In this document: positions 54,502-64,000 of the stretch, piece after piece
Numbering within the stretch: position 1 is the first letter of the stretch
Layout of the letters: every line of letters starts with the position of its first letter
Position numbers and translations under genes: made by a program
Notes under the pieces: generated by a model
The model's input: only the letters and a program-made list of their open reading frames with translations
Told to the model about the DNA's origin: nothing
The model's database searches: none
Assembly: GCA_963745035.1 (NCBI GenBank)
Contig: CAVUVW010000013.1
Coordinates: 672,001-736,000, forward strand
Source of the DNA: an uncultured delta proteobacterium
GTDB lineage: Bacteria > Desulfobacterota > Binatia > UBA9968
Reading direction: 5' to 3'
DNA: 64,000 nucleotides

Positions 54502-55511
54502 TTGCCCAGGAACTCGTTGGTGACCAGCTCGGCGTAGGACGTGCGCTTCTTCAAGATTCCCGCCTGTTCCAGTATGTCCTGGGTCACTTGAAAGCTTCGC
54601 TCCGTGGTGCGGCCGTCCGGGCTAAGCGCCGGCAGCACGGCGGCGGCGCCGGACAGGAGCAACTCCGGCGGTGTTTTTCCCAGCGCCGGCTTCAGCGCCT
54701 CGGCGAGCTGCTCGGGCGTGCTCTTGAGCGCCCATTGATTGGCCCGCACCAGCGCGCGCACCATGCGCCGCACTAAATCCGGATCCTTGGCCACCGTCTC
54801 GGGACGCGCGACGAGATTCTCCATGAGGAATTCCGGTATCGAGGGATCCTCGCCTTTCGCATTATTGATGAACATGATCGCAAAGCCGCGGCTGATCGCC
54901 GTTTCCGGCACCGGCGGCGCAGTCAGAGCGACGTCCACTTTGCGATTCTCGAGAGCGGCGAGCCAGGTCGGTCCGGCTCCGATGGGAATGATCTGCACGT
55001 CTTGCTGCGGCGTGTAGCCGGCTTTGCGAATGACAAACGCGGCGAGATGCGCTGTCAGAGCGCCGGGGTTGGTGACGCCAACGGTCAATCCCTTGAGCAA
55101 TTTGATCTTGTCGGCGAGCGGCATGGATTCGCTGACGTTCTTCGCCTTGGCCGCTTCGCGGTGCATCGCCCAATTGATAAAAACTTTGTTGAGGCCGCTC
55201 ATGACCATCAGCAGACGTTTCCCCTCTTGGTGCGCGAGGATCACGTTGTCGCCGGTGGTGAAGCTGAATTCCACGTCGCCGGCGATGAGCGCCCGGATGT
55301 CGGGTCCGCCGCCGCCCGTCGACGTGATATCCGGATCGAGCTTCTCATCGGCAAAAAAGCCCCTGCTCTGGGCAACGTAAACCGGCGTCATCGAGTGCGC
55401 CACGACGGGAATCGTCATTTTCACCTTGCGCGGCGCTTGCGCGCCCGCGGGCGTCGCGCACCAGGCAATGGAGCAACTTATTGCGAGGACGATTCGCATG
55501 AACGGTCTCAT
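54498..55511 (-). CDS. ABC substrate-binding protein, NMT1/SsuA family
   Basis: Own RBS (aaggag) and signal peptide MRPFMRIVLAIS; GGGGPDIRALIAGDV. Confidence 0.88.
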   Translation of the reverse strand: MRPFMRIVLAISCSIAWCATPAGAQAPRKVKMTIPVVAHSMTPVYVAQSRGFFADEKLDPDITSTGGGGPDIRALIAGDVEFSFTTGDNVILAHQEGKRLLMVMSGLNKVFINWAMHREAAKAKNVSESMPLADKIKLLKGLTVGVTNPGALTAHLAAFVIRKAGYTPQQDVQIIPIGAGPTWLAALENRKVDVALTAPPVPETAISRGFAIMFINNAKGEDPSIPEFLMENLVARPETVAKDPDLVRRMVRALVRANQWALKSTPEQLAEALKPALGKTPPELLLSGAAAVLPALSPDGRTTERSFQVTQDILEQAGILKKRTSYAELVTNEFLGK

Positions 55512-55525
55512 GGAAAGTCTCCTTT

Positions 55526-56309
55526 CTACGCTTCTGTCAATTTTACTTCCGGGCGGAGTTCCTGCCACAACCTCTCGTAGGACGAATGAAACTCCGGGCT
55601 GTCGTGGATCTGAAACACGTCCCGCGGCCGTGGAATGGCCACTTGTTCGATGAACTTGATCCGCCCCGGCCGCGAGGACATGAGCACCACCCGATCCGCC
55701 AGCGCAATCGCTTCGATCAAGTCGTGAGTAATGAAGATGATCGTTTTCTTGGATGCCGACCAGAGTTTCAAAAGCTGGTCCTGCAATACGATGCGCGTCT
55801 GCGCGTCGAGCGGGCCGAACGGCTCGTCCATCAAGATCAGCTCGGGATCGTAGATCAACGTGCGGATGATATTGGCGCGCTGGCGCATGCCGCCGGAAAG
55901 CTCGTGCGGGTAATGCTCCTCGAAGCCGCTCAATCCGACTCGTTCGATGATATTCGCGCGCCCGCGCTCTGCGCTCGGCGCCATCGACGCCTCTGATTTC
56001 CAGCGCGATCCCGACGTTCTCGACTAACGTGCGCCACGGCAGAAGATTGTCCTTTTGGGTGACGTAGCCGATCTTCGTGCAGATTCCCTCGATCGGCGCG
56101 CCGTGAAAACTGATCCGGCCGCTGCTTGCGCGCAGCAGGCCCACTATCAAGTTCAGCATCGTCGATTTGCCGCACCCCGATGGACCGACGATGGTGACGA
56201 ACTCGCCTTCGGCGATGTCGAGATTGATCGAGTCTAGGGCGACAACTCTGCGGCCGCGCGCGAAGTATTCTTTACCGACGCCCTCGATGGACAGCAATGC
56301 CACAAACAA
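55526..56309 (-). CDS. ABC ATP-binding protein, NitT/TauT; frameshift near 55960
   Basis: GPSGCGKS in one frame; LSGGMRQR, LMDEPFGPLD and FITHD in another. Confidence 0.9.
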
Positions 56310-56311
56310 AC

Positions 56312-57307
56312 CTACGGCGTGATCCGCGCGATCGAGGCGCCGATGCCGTCGAGCGCGGTTTTGCCGTTGGCGTCCATGTTATCGCGCCGCGGTGTGTCGA
56401 AGTTCGCGACATAGCCCGTGTCACCGACAAAAACGATTGCCGACGGAAATTCGAGCGGCCCTTGGCCGCTGTTTTTGGCCACTTCCCGGACCGTCCCATC
56501 CGGCGTGACTGTGAGCAACGCGTTGCGCTCGTTGGCCGTCACCCACAGATTCCCGCTTCGATCGAAAGCCAATCCGTCAGCGCCTTCCAGCAGCGGACTC
56601 TGGGCAAGCAGTAACGGCTTGCCGCCCTTGCCATCGGACCCTATCTCTACTTTCCAAACCGCGCCGCGCGATGTGTCGGCGACGTGGAGCACGCCGTTAC
56701 GGTCGATCTCCAGACCATTCGCAGTGATCGCCTGCTGGGTCTTGCCGTCCGGAAGCGTGCGAGAATTCTTATCGATTTGGACCGCCTGCTGCGCAGCACC
56801 GCCATTTGCCCCTACCCGGTAAACAATTCCGCTGCCGCCGCCGGACACGAAAAGATTTCCTTGTCGGTCAAAGACGATACCGTTGGCTCCCGGCGTGCCG
56901 GTTGCGAATGTTTGCGCCGATCCCGGCTTGCCAGGATTGAGTTCGCTTGCCCTGATGTGCACGACTTCGGCAAACGGGCCCACCGCGACAAAAAGATCGC
57001 CCTGCGGGTTGAAGGCTATGCCCGACGGTTCGGCGTTGACTTTCTTGCCTTTGATTTCCCGCGCCTCGATCCGGCCGACCACTGTCGGTTTGGGCGACTT
57101 GGGATCGACTCGAAGAATGTTACCCGTCACACGATCGGGAAGATAAAGCATACCGTTTCGGTCGGCGGCGATGCTTTCGACGATCACGGTCCGGTCCGCG
57201 CTCACCGGGTCGAGATCAACGAGTACCGAAGGCGCCGACCTTCCAGCCTGCATGGTGGAGCAAGCGCCGAGAACCAGAGCGAGCACAAGTATCAGGAAGA
57301 CTTTCAT
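56312..57307 (-). CDS. SMP-30/gluconolactonase-family beta-propeller lipoprotein
   Basis: Lipobox LGAC; ANGIVFDRQG, ANGLEID and ADGLAFDRSG repeats. Confidence 0.85.
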   Translation of the reverse strand: MKVFLILVLALVLGACSTMQAGRSAPSVLVDLDPVSADRTVIVESIAADRNGMLYLPDRVTGNILRVDPKSPKPTVVGRIEAREIKGKKVNAEPSGIAFNPQGDLFVAVGPFAEVVHIRASELNPGKPGSAQTFATGTPGANGIVFDRQGNLFVSGGGSGIVYRVGANGGAAQQAVQIDKNSRTLPDGKTQQAITANGLEIDRNGVLHVADTSRGAVWKVEIGSDGKGGKPLLLAQSPLLEGADGLAFDRSGNLWVTANERNALLTVTPDGTVREVAKNSGQGPLEFPSAIVFVGDTGYVANFDTPRRDNMDANGKTALDGIGASIARITP

Positions 57308-57378
57308 TAGACCTCCTTCTACGAACCACTCTTGGATGTTTTCGGAATGACTGGACGGGAAGGCTTATCGCGTCGGCG

Positions 57379-58359
57379 CTAAAGTTTCAAGGCTTGCTTC
57401 GCGTTGGCGCCAAGAACAAGCTCCCGATCCTCCGCCGACAATTTCACCTCGCTAATTTTGGTTACGGGATCGCAATCACCCATGGCCATTGGATAGTCCG
57501 TGCCGATCACCACCCGGTCGGCGCCGACGACTTTGAGCAAATAGTCCAACGCTCTCACCGAATGAACGATGGTGTCGAAATAAAGGCTCTTCAAATATTC
57601 GGACGGTTTTCGCGGAACGGTCTTTTTCAATTCGGGCCGCAATCGGTAGGAATGATCGAGGCGCCAGATATTGAAGGCGAGCAAGCCGCCGCCATGGGAC
57701 AGACACAAGCGGAGGTTCGGATACTTCTCGAACATTCCCGTCAAGATCATGCGCTCAACCATCATGGTCGTGCGGAAGGTAAACTGCAGCACGTTGCCGA
57801 GCACCGGCGACAGCGGGTCATCAGCATCGAGCCCGCCCTCCAGCGGATGGACGAACAGCAACATGCCGAGCCGCTGCGCCACTTCGAAAAATGGCTCTAA
57901 GCTTGGATCGTCGAGCGGCTTGTCGCCAACTGCATTGCCGATTTCCAGTCCGCGCAGGCCCATGGCCTTGGCTTCTTCCGCGATGGCGATGGATTCCGAA
58001 ACGCTTTGCAGCGGCACGCTGCCGAAGCCGACGAAGCGATCCGGGTGTTTTTGCACGATCGCCTGAATCGCCTCGTTTTGCTTGCGCGTGAAGTGCGCGG
58101 CGACCGCCGGCTCCTCCCAGTAAAAGAGCAGGATTGGCGACGGCGAGATCGCCTGCAAATCGATCTGCATCTCATCCAGCGCCTTAATCCGTGCCAGCGG
58201 ATCGTAAGCGCCAGCGCCGAGGCCCGGGCGGAAACCGATTTGCGACCGAACGGAGAGTTTGCCGCCATTCAATACGATCTCCGGCGCACGGTCTTCATAC
58301 TTGCCGGGATTTTGCAATGCGTCCACTGGAAAGAAATGGGAATGCAGATCGATGTTCAT
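57379..58359 (-). CDS. Amidohydrolase family 2 (ACMSD-like decarboxylase)
   Basis: IDLHSH, FVHP, SHGGG, YFDT and GTDYP motifs. Confidence 0.9.
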   Translation of the reverse strand: MNIDLHSHFFPVDALQNPGKYEDRAPEIVLNGGKLSVRSQIGFRPGLGAGAYDPLARIKALDEMQIDLQAISPSPILLFYWEEPAVAAHFTRKQNEAIQAIVQKHPDRFVGFGSVPLQSVSESIAIAEEAKAMGLRGLEIGNAVGDKPLDDPSLEPFFEVAQRLGMLLFVHPLEGGLDADDPLSPVLGNVLQFTFRTTMMVERMILTGMFEKYPNLRLCLSHGGGLLAFNIWRLDHSYRLRPELKKTVPRKPSEYLKSLYFDTIVHSVRALDYLLKVVGADRVVIGTDYPMAMGDCDPVTKISEVKLSAEDRELVLGANAKQALKL

Positions 58360-58556
58360 AGCTCGCCTGATAATCTCGGATCGCTCAATTTGTGGGACGT
58401 CTGTAATTACCATAATGTCCGGTCAACAAACTACCGGCGCAGCAATGTCGACGCAGCCATTAGATTGACAACCCCGGGGGCCGTCGATAGACTTCAAGCG
58501 GTTTTCACCGCGGGTGAACGCACGTTGATGGATCAAAACTTAAGGAGCTTAGCGCG

Positions 58557-58919
58557 ATGATCTTATCGAAGAATTCAGACGTCAAAGGAATCGTGGTGAA
58601 GGCCATTGAAGGCAAGCCCATGTACGGCGGCGATCTGGTCGTCAAGCCTTTGATCAAGGGCGACGAGATGACATTTTTGGAAATCCACTACACTCCGGGC
58701 GTGGGCGCGCCGCTCCACGTGCACTCTCATGAGTCACTCGCCTATGTCGTCAAAGGCAAAGTCAAAATGACCGTAGGCAAGGAAGAATATATCCTTGGCC
58801 CCGGCGATGTTTGCCGTCATCCCAAGGGCGTGCCGCACGGGGTCGAAGGCATCGAAGAATCCATCGTTGTGGAGATCAAATCCCCCGCGCCGGATATCTC
58901 GAGTTTTCTGGGCATGTAA
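58557..58919 (+). CDS. Cupin domain protein
   Basis: PLHVHSHE and PKGVPHG motifs. Confidence 0.88.
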   Translation: MILSKNSDVKGIVVKAIEGKPMYGGDLVVKPLIKGDEMTFLEIHYTPGVGAPLHVHSHESLAYVVKGKVKMTVGKEEYILGPGDVCRHPKGVPHGVEGIEESIVVEIKSPAPDISSFLGM

Positions 58920-58954
58920 TCGCGTTGCACAACACTGACGAGGAGACTGGAAGA

Positions 58955-59308
58955 ATGGCCGGCAAAGCGAAGTATTTGATGATCGCGAGCATGGATGTGG
59001 ATCCGGAGCACGAAACCATCTTTAACGAAGTCTATGACAAGGAGCACGTGCCCAACTTGAGCAAAGTGCCGGGAGTTGTCGGCATCACCCGCTACAAGCG
59101 CGGCACACTCACCATGAATATCGGCGGCGAGCGCAAAACGATCGAGATTCCCAACGAGCCGACCTTTACGGCCATCTATGAATTGGAAAGTCCCGATGTA
59201 CTCACCAGTCCGGCTTGGGACAAAGCAATCGAAGAAGGCCGCTGGCCGAGCCAAGTCCGGCCGTTCACCAAGAATCGCCGGCACGTGCTGCTGAAAATCA
59301 TGGACTGA
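58955..59308 (+). CDS. EthD/DUF4286-like dimeric alpha-beta barrel protein
   Basis: FNEVYDKEHVPNL..VPG and AIYELESP motifs; RBS gagga. Confidence 0.7.
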   Translation: MAGKAKYLMIASMDVDPEHETIFNEVYDKEHVPNLSKVPGVVGITRYKRGTLTMNIGGERKTIEIPNEPTFTAIYELESPDVLTSPAWDKAIEEGRWPSQVRPFTKNRRHVLLKIMD

Positions 59309-59319
59309 CTAAGCAACCC

Positions 59320-59778
59320 CTAGCTTCCCTTCAAGGCCTTATCGATTTCGATGCCGACGGCGTCTGCTTTCGGCCCATCCAGCTGCTGCTCGAACAGCGG
59401 GAACAGCTCGCGCTCTTCCTTGCGGATATGCCGTTCAAGCAAATCCCCTAGATCGAAGATTACCTTTGCTAAGCCCGCACCGGATCTGATTTGCTCGATT
59501 GCACCGCGCATCTGCTCATGCTCGCCTACAAGCGACTCCACCAACGGCCCGCTCTGCTCCGTCAAAGTGCGAAGCTCCGGGAACAAGACTTCCTCTTCGG
59601 CGCGAAAGTGCGCGCATAAATTCTTGTCGTAAAATTCCAGCACCTCTGCGGCGCGTTCACGCAATCCAGCAGCGCCCATGGGCTTGATCTGTCCCAGCGC
59701 CTGTTTTCGACATCGCAGCGCGAGGGCCAAGCCGTGGTGATGATCGTGCGAGAGAGGAACCAAACTCGGATGACGCAT
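59320..59778 (-). CDS. Hemerythrin-domain protein
   Basis: LSHDHHH, HFRAEEEVLFP, EH and HIRKEERELFP motifs. Confidence 0.88.
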   Translation of the reverse strand: MRHPSLVPLSHDHHHGLALALRCRKQALGQIKPMGAAGLRERAAEVLEFYDKNLCAHFRAEEEVLFPELRTLTEQSGPLVESLVGEHEQMRGAIEQIRSGAGLAKVIFDLGDLLERHIRKEERELFPLFEQQLDGPKADAVGIEIDKALKGS

Positions 59779-59790
59779 GGGGAAATACTC

Positions 59791-59850
59791 TGGAGTGTTG
59801 GAGTTATGGAGTACTGCTCCCACCCATCACTCCACCCTTCCAATACTCCA
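59791..59850. repeat. Inverted array of 8-nt TGGAGT/ACTCCA units (REP-like intergenic hairpin)
   Basis: TGGAGTGT-TGGAGTTA-TGGAGTAC followed by ATCACTCCA-CCCTTCCA-ATACTCCA. Confidence 0.7.
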
Positions 59851-59856
59851 ATTCTT

Positions 59857-61033
59857 TCAGACCGCTCCCTTACCGCGCAACTCGGCAATCGCCGCATGGT
59901 CATAGCCGAGCGTGCCGAGAACCTCGTCCGTGTGCTCGCCCAGCATCGGCGGCGGACGATCGATGCTGGGCGGCGTGCGGCTCATATCGACGGCGTTGCC
60001 GATCAATTTCATCTTGCCCATCTTCGGATGTTCGACCTCGACCGGGAACCCGTACGTCTTCACTTGCGGGTCGGCGAACACTTCGTCGAGGGTGTTGATC
60101 GGCGCGGCGGGCACATCTTTTTCCATCAGTCGGCGCAGCCAATCCTCTCTTTCGCCGTCTCGGAAGATCGGTTGCAACTGTTCCACCAGCGCGTCGTAGT
60201 TCTCGGTGCGCGCCTTGCGATTGTTGAAGCGCGGATCCTTCGACCATTCCGGCTTGCCGACCACGTCGAACAAACCGAACCAAAACTTGTCCGGCGACGA
60301 CATGTGCAGCACGAACGGCAGTCCCTTTCGGTCCTCGAACGCGAATACTCCGGCGGTCGTCGTGCGGTGCTTGCGCCGCGGCACGTGTCCGGTTTCAAAG
60401 TAGCGTGCGCGCATTTTCGCTGACGAACGACACCGAAGCGCGCAACAGCGACGTTTCCACGTGCTGTCCCTCCCCGGTGAGCATGCGATTCATCAACGCG
60501 CCGAGAACCCCGTAGCAGGCATACATCCCGGTCAAGTGATCGGAAAAAGATATGCCCATCCCCTGGGGCTTGCCCGGATCGGTGAGCAGGCTCAGCAGGC
60601 CGCTGCGCGCCTGGCCGATGGTATCGTAGCCTGGCATGTCGCGGTAGGGCCCGCTTGGACCAAAGCCGGAGATCGAACAGTAGACAATCTTCGGGTTGGC
60701 TTTCCGAATATCCTCGTAGCCCAAGCCGCGTTTATCCATCACGCCCGGACGGAAATTCTGAATCAATACGTCGGCGCCGCATGCGAGCTTGAACGCAATA
60801 TCGCGCCCTTCGTCGGTGCGCAGGTCGAGTGTGATGCTCTTCTTGTTTCGATTCAAACTGCAAAACGTCGCCGCATAATTGCGCTCGCCCCAGCCGCGAA
60901 ACGGGTCGCCATGCTTCGGTTCCTCGACTTTGACGACCTCCGCCCCCATGTCCGCCAACAACTGTGAGGCGAACGGTCCCGTGACATAACTCGCCGCTTC
61001 GACGATTCTTATTCCCGCCAGCGCGCCGCTCAT
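59857..61033 (-). CDS. CoA-transferase family III (CaiB/BaiF); frameshift near 60410
   Basis: GPFASQLLADMGAEVVKVE, NRNKKSITLDL, NFRPG, GYD and PPMLGEHT motifs. Confidence 0.92.
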
Positions 61034-61221
61034 GAATTTTTCCTACCTCCGCGAAATTTTTGCCGGTCTATTCTCCTAGCGTTCACGCGCGCGCGAAGTC
61101 AAGAGCACACGGGTGCGCGGCCGCCGCAGCGGCGGGCGTTCGGCCGCCAACCGCCAAAGCGATATTCAACTCGCCGGCAATGAGTCGGGAAATGGGACGA
61201 AGGTAGTAAGGCGAACTACAA

Positions 61222-61425
61222 CTAACGTTCTTCTGTGTGCAGCTTGCGCGGCGGAGGAGGATTACCTTGGGGCGATACCATCGCAAGAATCTCCGACCTG
61301 CTGAAACGCCAGCCGCCGCCGAATTTGCGCCCCGGCAAGGACCCTTCTTTGACCAGCTTGTAAACCGTACGGGGATGAATCTGTAAAAGCTCGGCCACTT
61401 CGCTCGCCGTTAGAATTTCATCCAT
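61222..61425 (-). CDS. Excisionase-like helix-turn-helix (HTH_17) DNA-binding protein
   Basis: ILTASEVAELLQIHPRTVYKL...GGGWRF; RBS GGAGG. Confidence 0.88.
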   Translation of the reverse strand: MDEILTASEVAELLQIHPRTVYKLVKEGSLPGRKFGGGWRFSRSEILAMVSPQGNPPPPRKLHTEER

Positions 61426-61469
61426 GTGAAACGATCCTCCAAAATTTGAGTCGCATGGCGAAAATTGAG

Positions 61470-61484
61470 GCAGATTCCGTGCCA
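61470..61484 (-). promoter_or_regulatory. sigma54 promoter (TGGCAC-GGAAT-CTGC) for the HTH_17 gene
   Basis: GG-N10-GC with a full TGGCAC, about 45 nt above the start. Confidence 0.65.
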
Positions 61485-61711
61485 GCGACTAAAATCTAGA
61501 CGTAGACAGCCAAATTACGACAGAATGTTGAATTTGAGTCAAGCTTCCGAAGGAAACCCCTACAGATAAGTGCAGGAAAAGCGAAGATTCGCACAATTTG
61601 AAACAACATCACGAATCGCGCGCGTTCGAAATCAAGCCGCGGTCATTGAAGTGCCGCCACTGCTAAGACCGGCGGCAGGCGCCGAACTCGGGCGATGTTG
61701 TTCTTCCTGGG

Positions 61712-62419
61712 CTAGCGTCCCAAGTAGGCCTCAATGACCTTCGGATCGTCGAGTACATCACCGCTCGATCCCTGAAGCGCAATGTTGCCGTTTTCCATCA
61801 CATACGCGAAGTCGGCGACTTGCAACGCCAGCCGAGCGTTTTGCTCTACAAGAAGAATCGTCAGTCCGCGCGCCTTGAGCGCGCTAAGAGTCGTGAAAAT
61901 CTCCCTAACCAGGATCGGGCCAAGCCCCATCGACGGCTCGTCCAAGAGCAGCAGTCTAGGCCTCGACATAAGAGCCCGCGCGATCGCCAGCATCTGCTGC
62001 TCGCCGCCTGAGAGATTTCCCGCCGAGCCGTCCAGCCGATCGCGTAAGCGCGGGAACAGCGCGAGCACCTCTTCCAAGTCGCCGTCGATCCGGTCTCGGC
62101 GCAGGTAAGCGCCCAAGAGCAGATTGTCCCGCACCGAAAGCGTAGTGAGAATCTCCCGACCTTCGGGAACCTGGATAAGCCCCACCTCGACGATACGGTG
62201 GGGAGCGAGATTCCGCAATTCGACGCCGTCGAAGAGAATCGAACCCGCGCTCGCCCGCAGCAGTCCCGAAAGGGCCAACAAGGTAGTCGATTTGCCGGCG
62301 CCGTTGGCGCCCAACAATGTGGTAATTCGGCCGTCCGGGAGCGCGAGGTCGATGCCCTTGACGGCTTCGATGGCGCCGTAATGCACCTGAAGTCCCGACA
62401 CCGTGAGAAGCGCGCTCAC
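61712..62419 (-). CDS. livF: Branched-chain amino acid ABC ATPase
   Basis: GANGAGKS, VPEGR, LSGGEQQM and LDEPSMGL motifs. Confidence 0.92.
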   Translation of the reverse strand: MSALLTVSGLQVHYGAIEAVKGIDLALPDGRITTLLGANGAGKSTTLLALSGLLRASAGSILFDGVELRNLAPHRIVEVGLIQVPEGREILTTLSVRDNLLLGAYLRRDRIDGDLEEVLALFPRLRDRLDGSAGNLSGGEQQMLAIARALMSRPRLLLLDEPSMGLGPILVREIFTTLSALKARGLTILLVEQNARLALQVADFAYVMENGNIALQGSSGDVLDDPKVIEAYLGR

Positions 62420-63198
62420 AGCGATGTTTCACCCCCCGCGGCCTGTTCGTCCCGTCCCAAGTAGGCCTCGATTACCGCCGGATCCTGGCGAATTTCGTCC
62501 GGTTTTCCCCGCGCGATGACTTTGCCGAAGTTCAACACGGCGATCTCATGGCACACGCCCATGATTACGCCCATGTCGTGATCGATGATTAAAATACTCA
62601 ACCCGTCCGCATTGAGCTTGACGATTTCATCGATCAGTTGCCGCTTCTCGGCGTCGTTCATCCCGGCCGCCGGCTCATCGAGCAGAAGCAGCTTCGGCTT
62701 GGTCGCCAGCGCGCGGGCAATTTCCAATCTTCTCTGTTCACCGTAGGACAGAGTTCCGGCCAGACGATCGGTCTTACCCGCCAAGCGCATTTTTCCCAGA
62801 AGATTCAGCGCCGTTTCCCGGTCCAGCCGCGCCGCGTTGCGATAGCTCGACGACGATAACAACGCGCTCATCGGCCCAGATCCGTGCCGCCCGCCGAGCG
62901 CCACTAGCACGTTTTCCATCAAGGTCATTTCCTTGAAGAGGCGAATATTTTGAAACGTCCGCGCGATGCCCAGACGAGTAATGCGATGGGGCGGCAGGCC
63001 GTTTAGCCGCTGGCCAAAAAACTCGACCGCGCCGCGGCTCGGCGTGAGTAAACCGGTGACGAGATTGAAGACGGTCGTTTTGCCAGCGCCGTTGGGTCCG
63101 ATCAAGCCGAAAATACCGCGCTCGGGCGCGGTCAAGCTCACTTCTTCCAGCACCTTAAGACCGCCAAAATGGATGGAAACCGAAGAGAGCGCCAGCAT
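62416..63198 (-). CDS. livG: Branched-chain amino acid ABC ATPase
   Basis: GPNGAGKT, ARTFQNIRLF, LSYGEQRR and LDEPAAG motifs. Confidence 0.92.
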   Translation of the reverse strand: MLALSSVSIHFGGLKVLEEVSLTAPERGIFGLIGPNGAGKTTVFNLVTGLLTPSRGAVEFFGQRLNGLPPHRITRLGIARTFQNIRLFKEMTLMENVLVALGGRHGSGPMSALLSSSSYRNAARLDRETALNLLGKMRLAGKTDRLAGTLSYGEQRRLEIARALATKPKLLLLDEPAAGMNDAEKRQLIDEIVKLNADGLSILIIDHDMGVIMGVCHEIAVLNFGKVIARGKPDEIRQDPAVIEAYLGRDEQAAGGETSL

Positions 63199-63200
63199 AT

Positions 63201-64000
63201 TCAGCCCATTTCTGGCGGACGCAGGCGAGCGCGCGCGGGCTGGAAGAGATGCCAAATCCCCTTTGGCGAATAGAGGATGATGAGGATCAGGATCACGCCG
63301 TTGATGAGCGGCCGATAGTGGCCGAGCCCGCGCAGAAGCTCGGGCAGAATCGTGATCAGGGCGCCGCCGATGACCGCGCCCCACGGGCTGCCGGTGCCGC
63401 CCAAAACACCCATGGCGAGAATTTCCACGGCGCGCTCAAAACCATATTCATTGGGGCTGATGAAAAACGTAAAGTGCGCGTTGAGCCCGCCCGCCAAACC
63501 GGCGAGCGCACCGCCCAGAACAAAGGCAAATAATTTATACGCGCTCACGTTGAGGCCCATGAGCTCTGTCGCCGTCTCGTCCTGGCAGATTGCCGTCATG
63601 GCACGGCCGATGCGCGAGCACGCCAGCCGCAACAGCGCATAAAGGGTCAGCCCGACCGCCAGCGCCACGTCGAACCAATCCGTTAGCTGTGGAATGCCGT
63701 TGAGCCCCAAGGCGCCGCCGGTCACACCTTCGGAGTTGAGGATCAAGATGCGCACGACCTCGCCGAAGGCGAGCGTCGCCATCGCCAGGTACACTCCCGA
63801 AAGGCGGAGAGTCGGCCGGCCGATGACGAGAGCCACCGCCGCAGGTAAGGCGGCGCCGAGCAACAGCGCGACCCAAAACGGCGTCGCCGTCTGCGTCGTG
63901 AGCCACGCCGCCGTGTAGGCGCCGATGCCCATGAAGGCGGCGTTGCCGACCGTCAGCAGGCCGGTGGCGAGGGTCAAATAGATCGAGAGCGCGAGCAGCG
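63201..64000 (-). CDS. livM: Branched-chain amino acid ABC permease (5' end outside the window)
   Basis: GNAAFMGIGAY, LRLSGVYLAMATLAFGE and VLGGTGS motifs. Confidence 0.9.
   Translation of the reverse strand, partial: LLALSIYLTLATGLLTVGNAAFMGIGAYTAAWLTTQTATPFWVALLLGAALPAAVALVIGRPTLRLSGVYLAMATLAFGEVVRILILNSEGVTGGALGLNGIPQLTDWFDVALAVGLTLYALLRLACSRIGRAMTAICQDETATELMGLNVSAYKLFAFVLGGALAGLAGGLNAHFTFFISPNEYGFERAVEILAMGVLGGTGSPWGAVIGGALITILPELLRGLGHYRPLINGVILILIILYSPKGIWHLFQPARARLRPPEMG

Noticed and set aside
54498-56309. 603-aa ATPase/substrate-binding fusion in the ORF track
   Set aside because: This is an artefact of a frameshift near 55960; the binding protein has its own RBS, start at 55511 and signal peptide.
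59791-59850. CRISPR-like array
   Set aside because: The units are 8 nt, there are no spacers and there are no cas genes.
61222-61425. Excisionase as a prophage or ICE marker
   Set aside because: No integrase, tRNA, att repeats or phage genes appear in the window.

Overview
A GC-rich bacterial chromosomal window with no rRNA, tRNA, CRISPR array or intact mobile element. The gene content (PrsK/PrsR, multi-GAF kinases, many NMT1-type binding proteins, amidohydrolases, cupins) suggests a deltaproteobacterium-like organism, possibly Candidatus Binatota; this is inference only. From left to right it holds: (1) a sigma54-controlled polysaccharide-precursor locus (rfbB start, rfbC, rfbA, a degenerate wecB, an NtrC-type pair, a soluble PrsK with PrsR, and a UDP-sugar dehydrogenase); (2) a minus-strand run coxG-GT2-hypothetical-SPL-like radical SAM-murI-secA, where SecA carries a ~275 aa helical insert; (3) slt, a peptidase C26 and a sensor kinase; (4) a long catabolic/accessory region; (5) a Hsp70/YegD protein and an atypical caa3-like oxidase operon; (6) ABC transporters, small enzymes, a CoA-transferase and livMGF. 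The most striking signal is two hidden selenoproteins in region 4 that the ORF track splits at an in-frame TGA, each followed by a SECIS-like hairpin. One is a stand-alone GrdE/GrdB reductase pair with an unusual U-G-T-S-T-R-S active site. The other is a UGSC selenoprotein fused to its ~340 aa partner domain. About nine genes show small frameshifts, most likely long-read indel errors.
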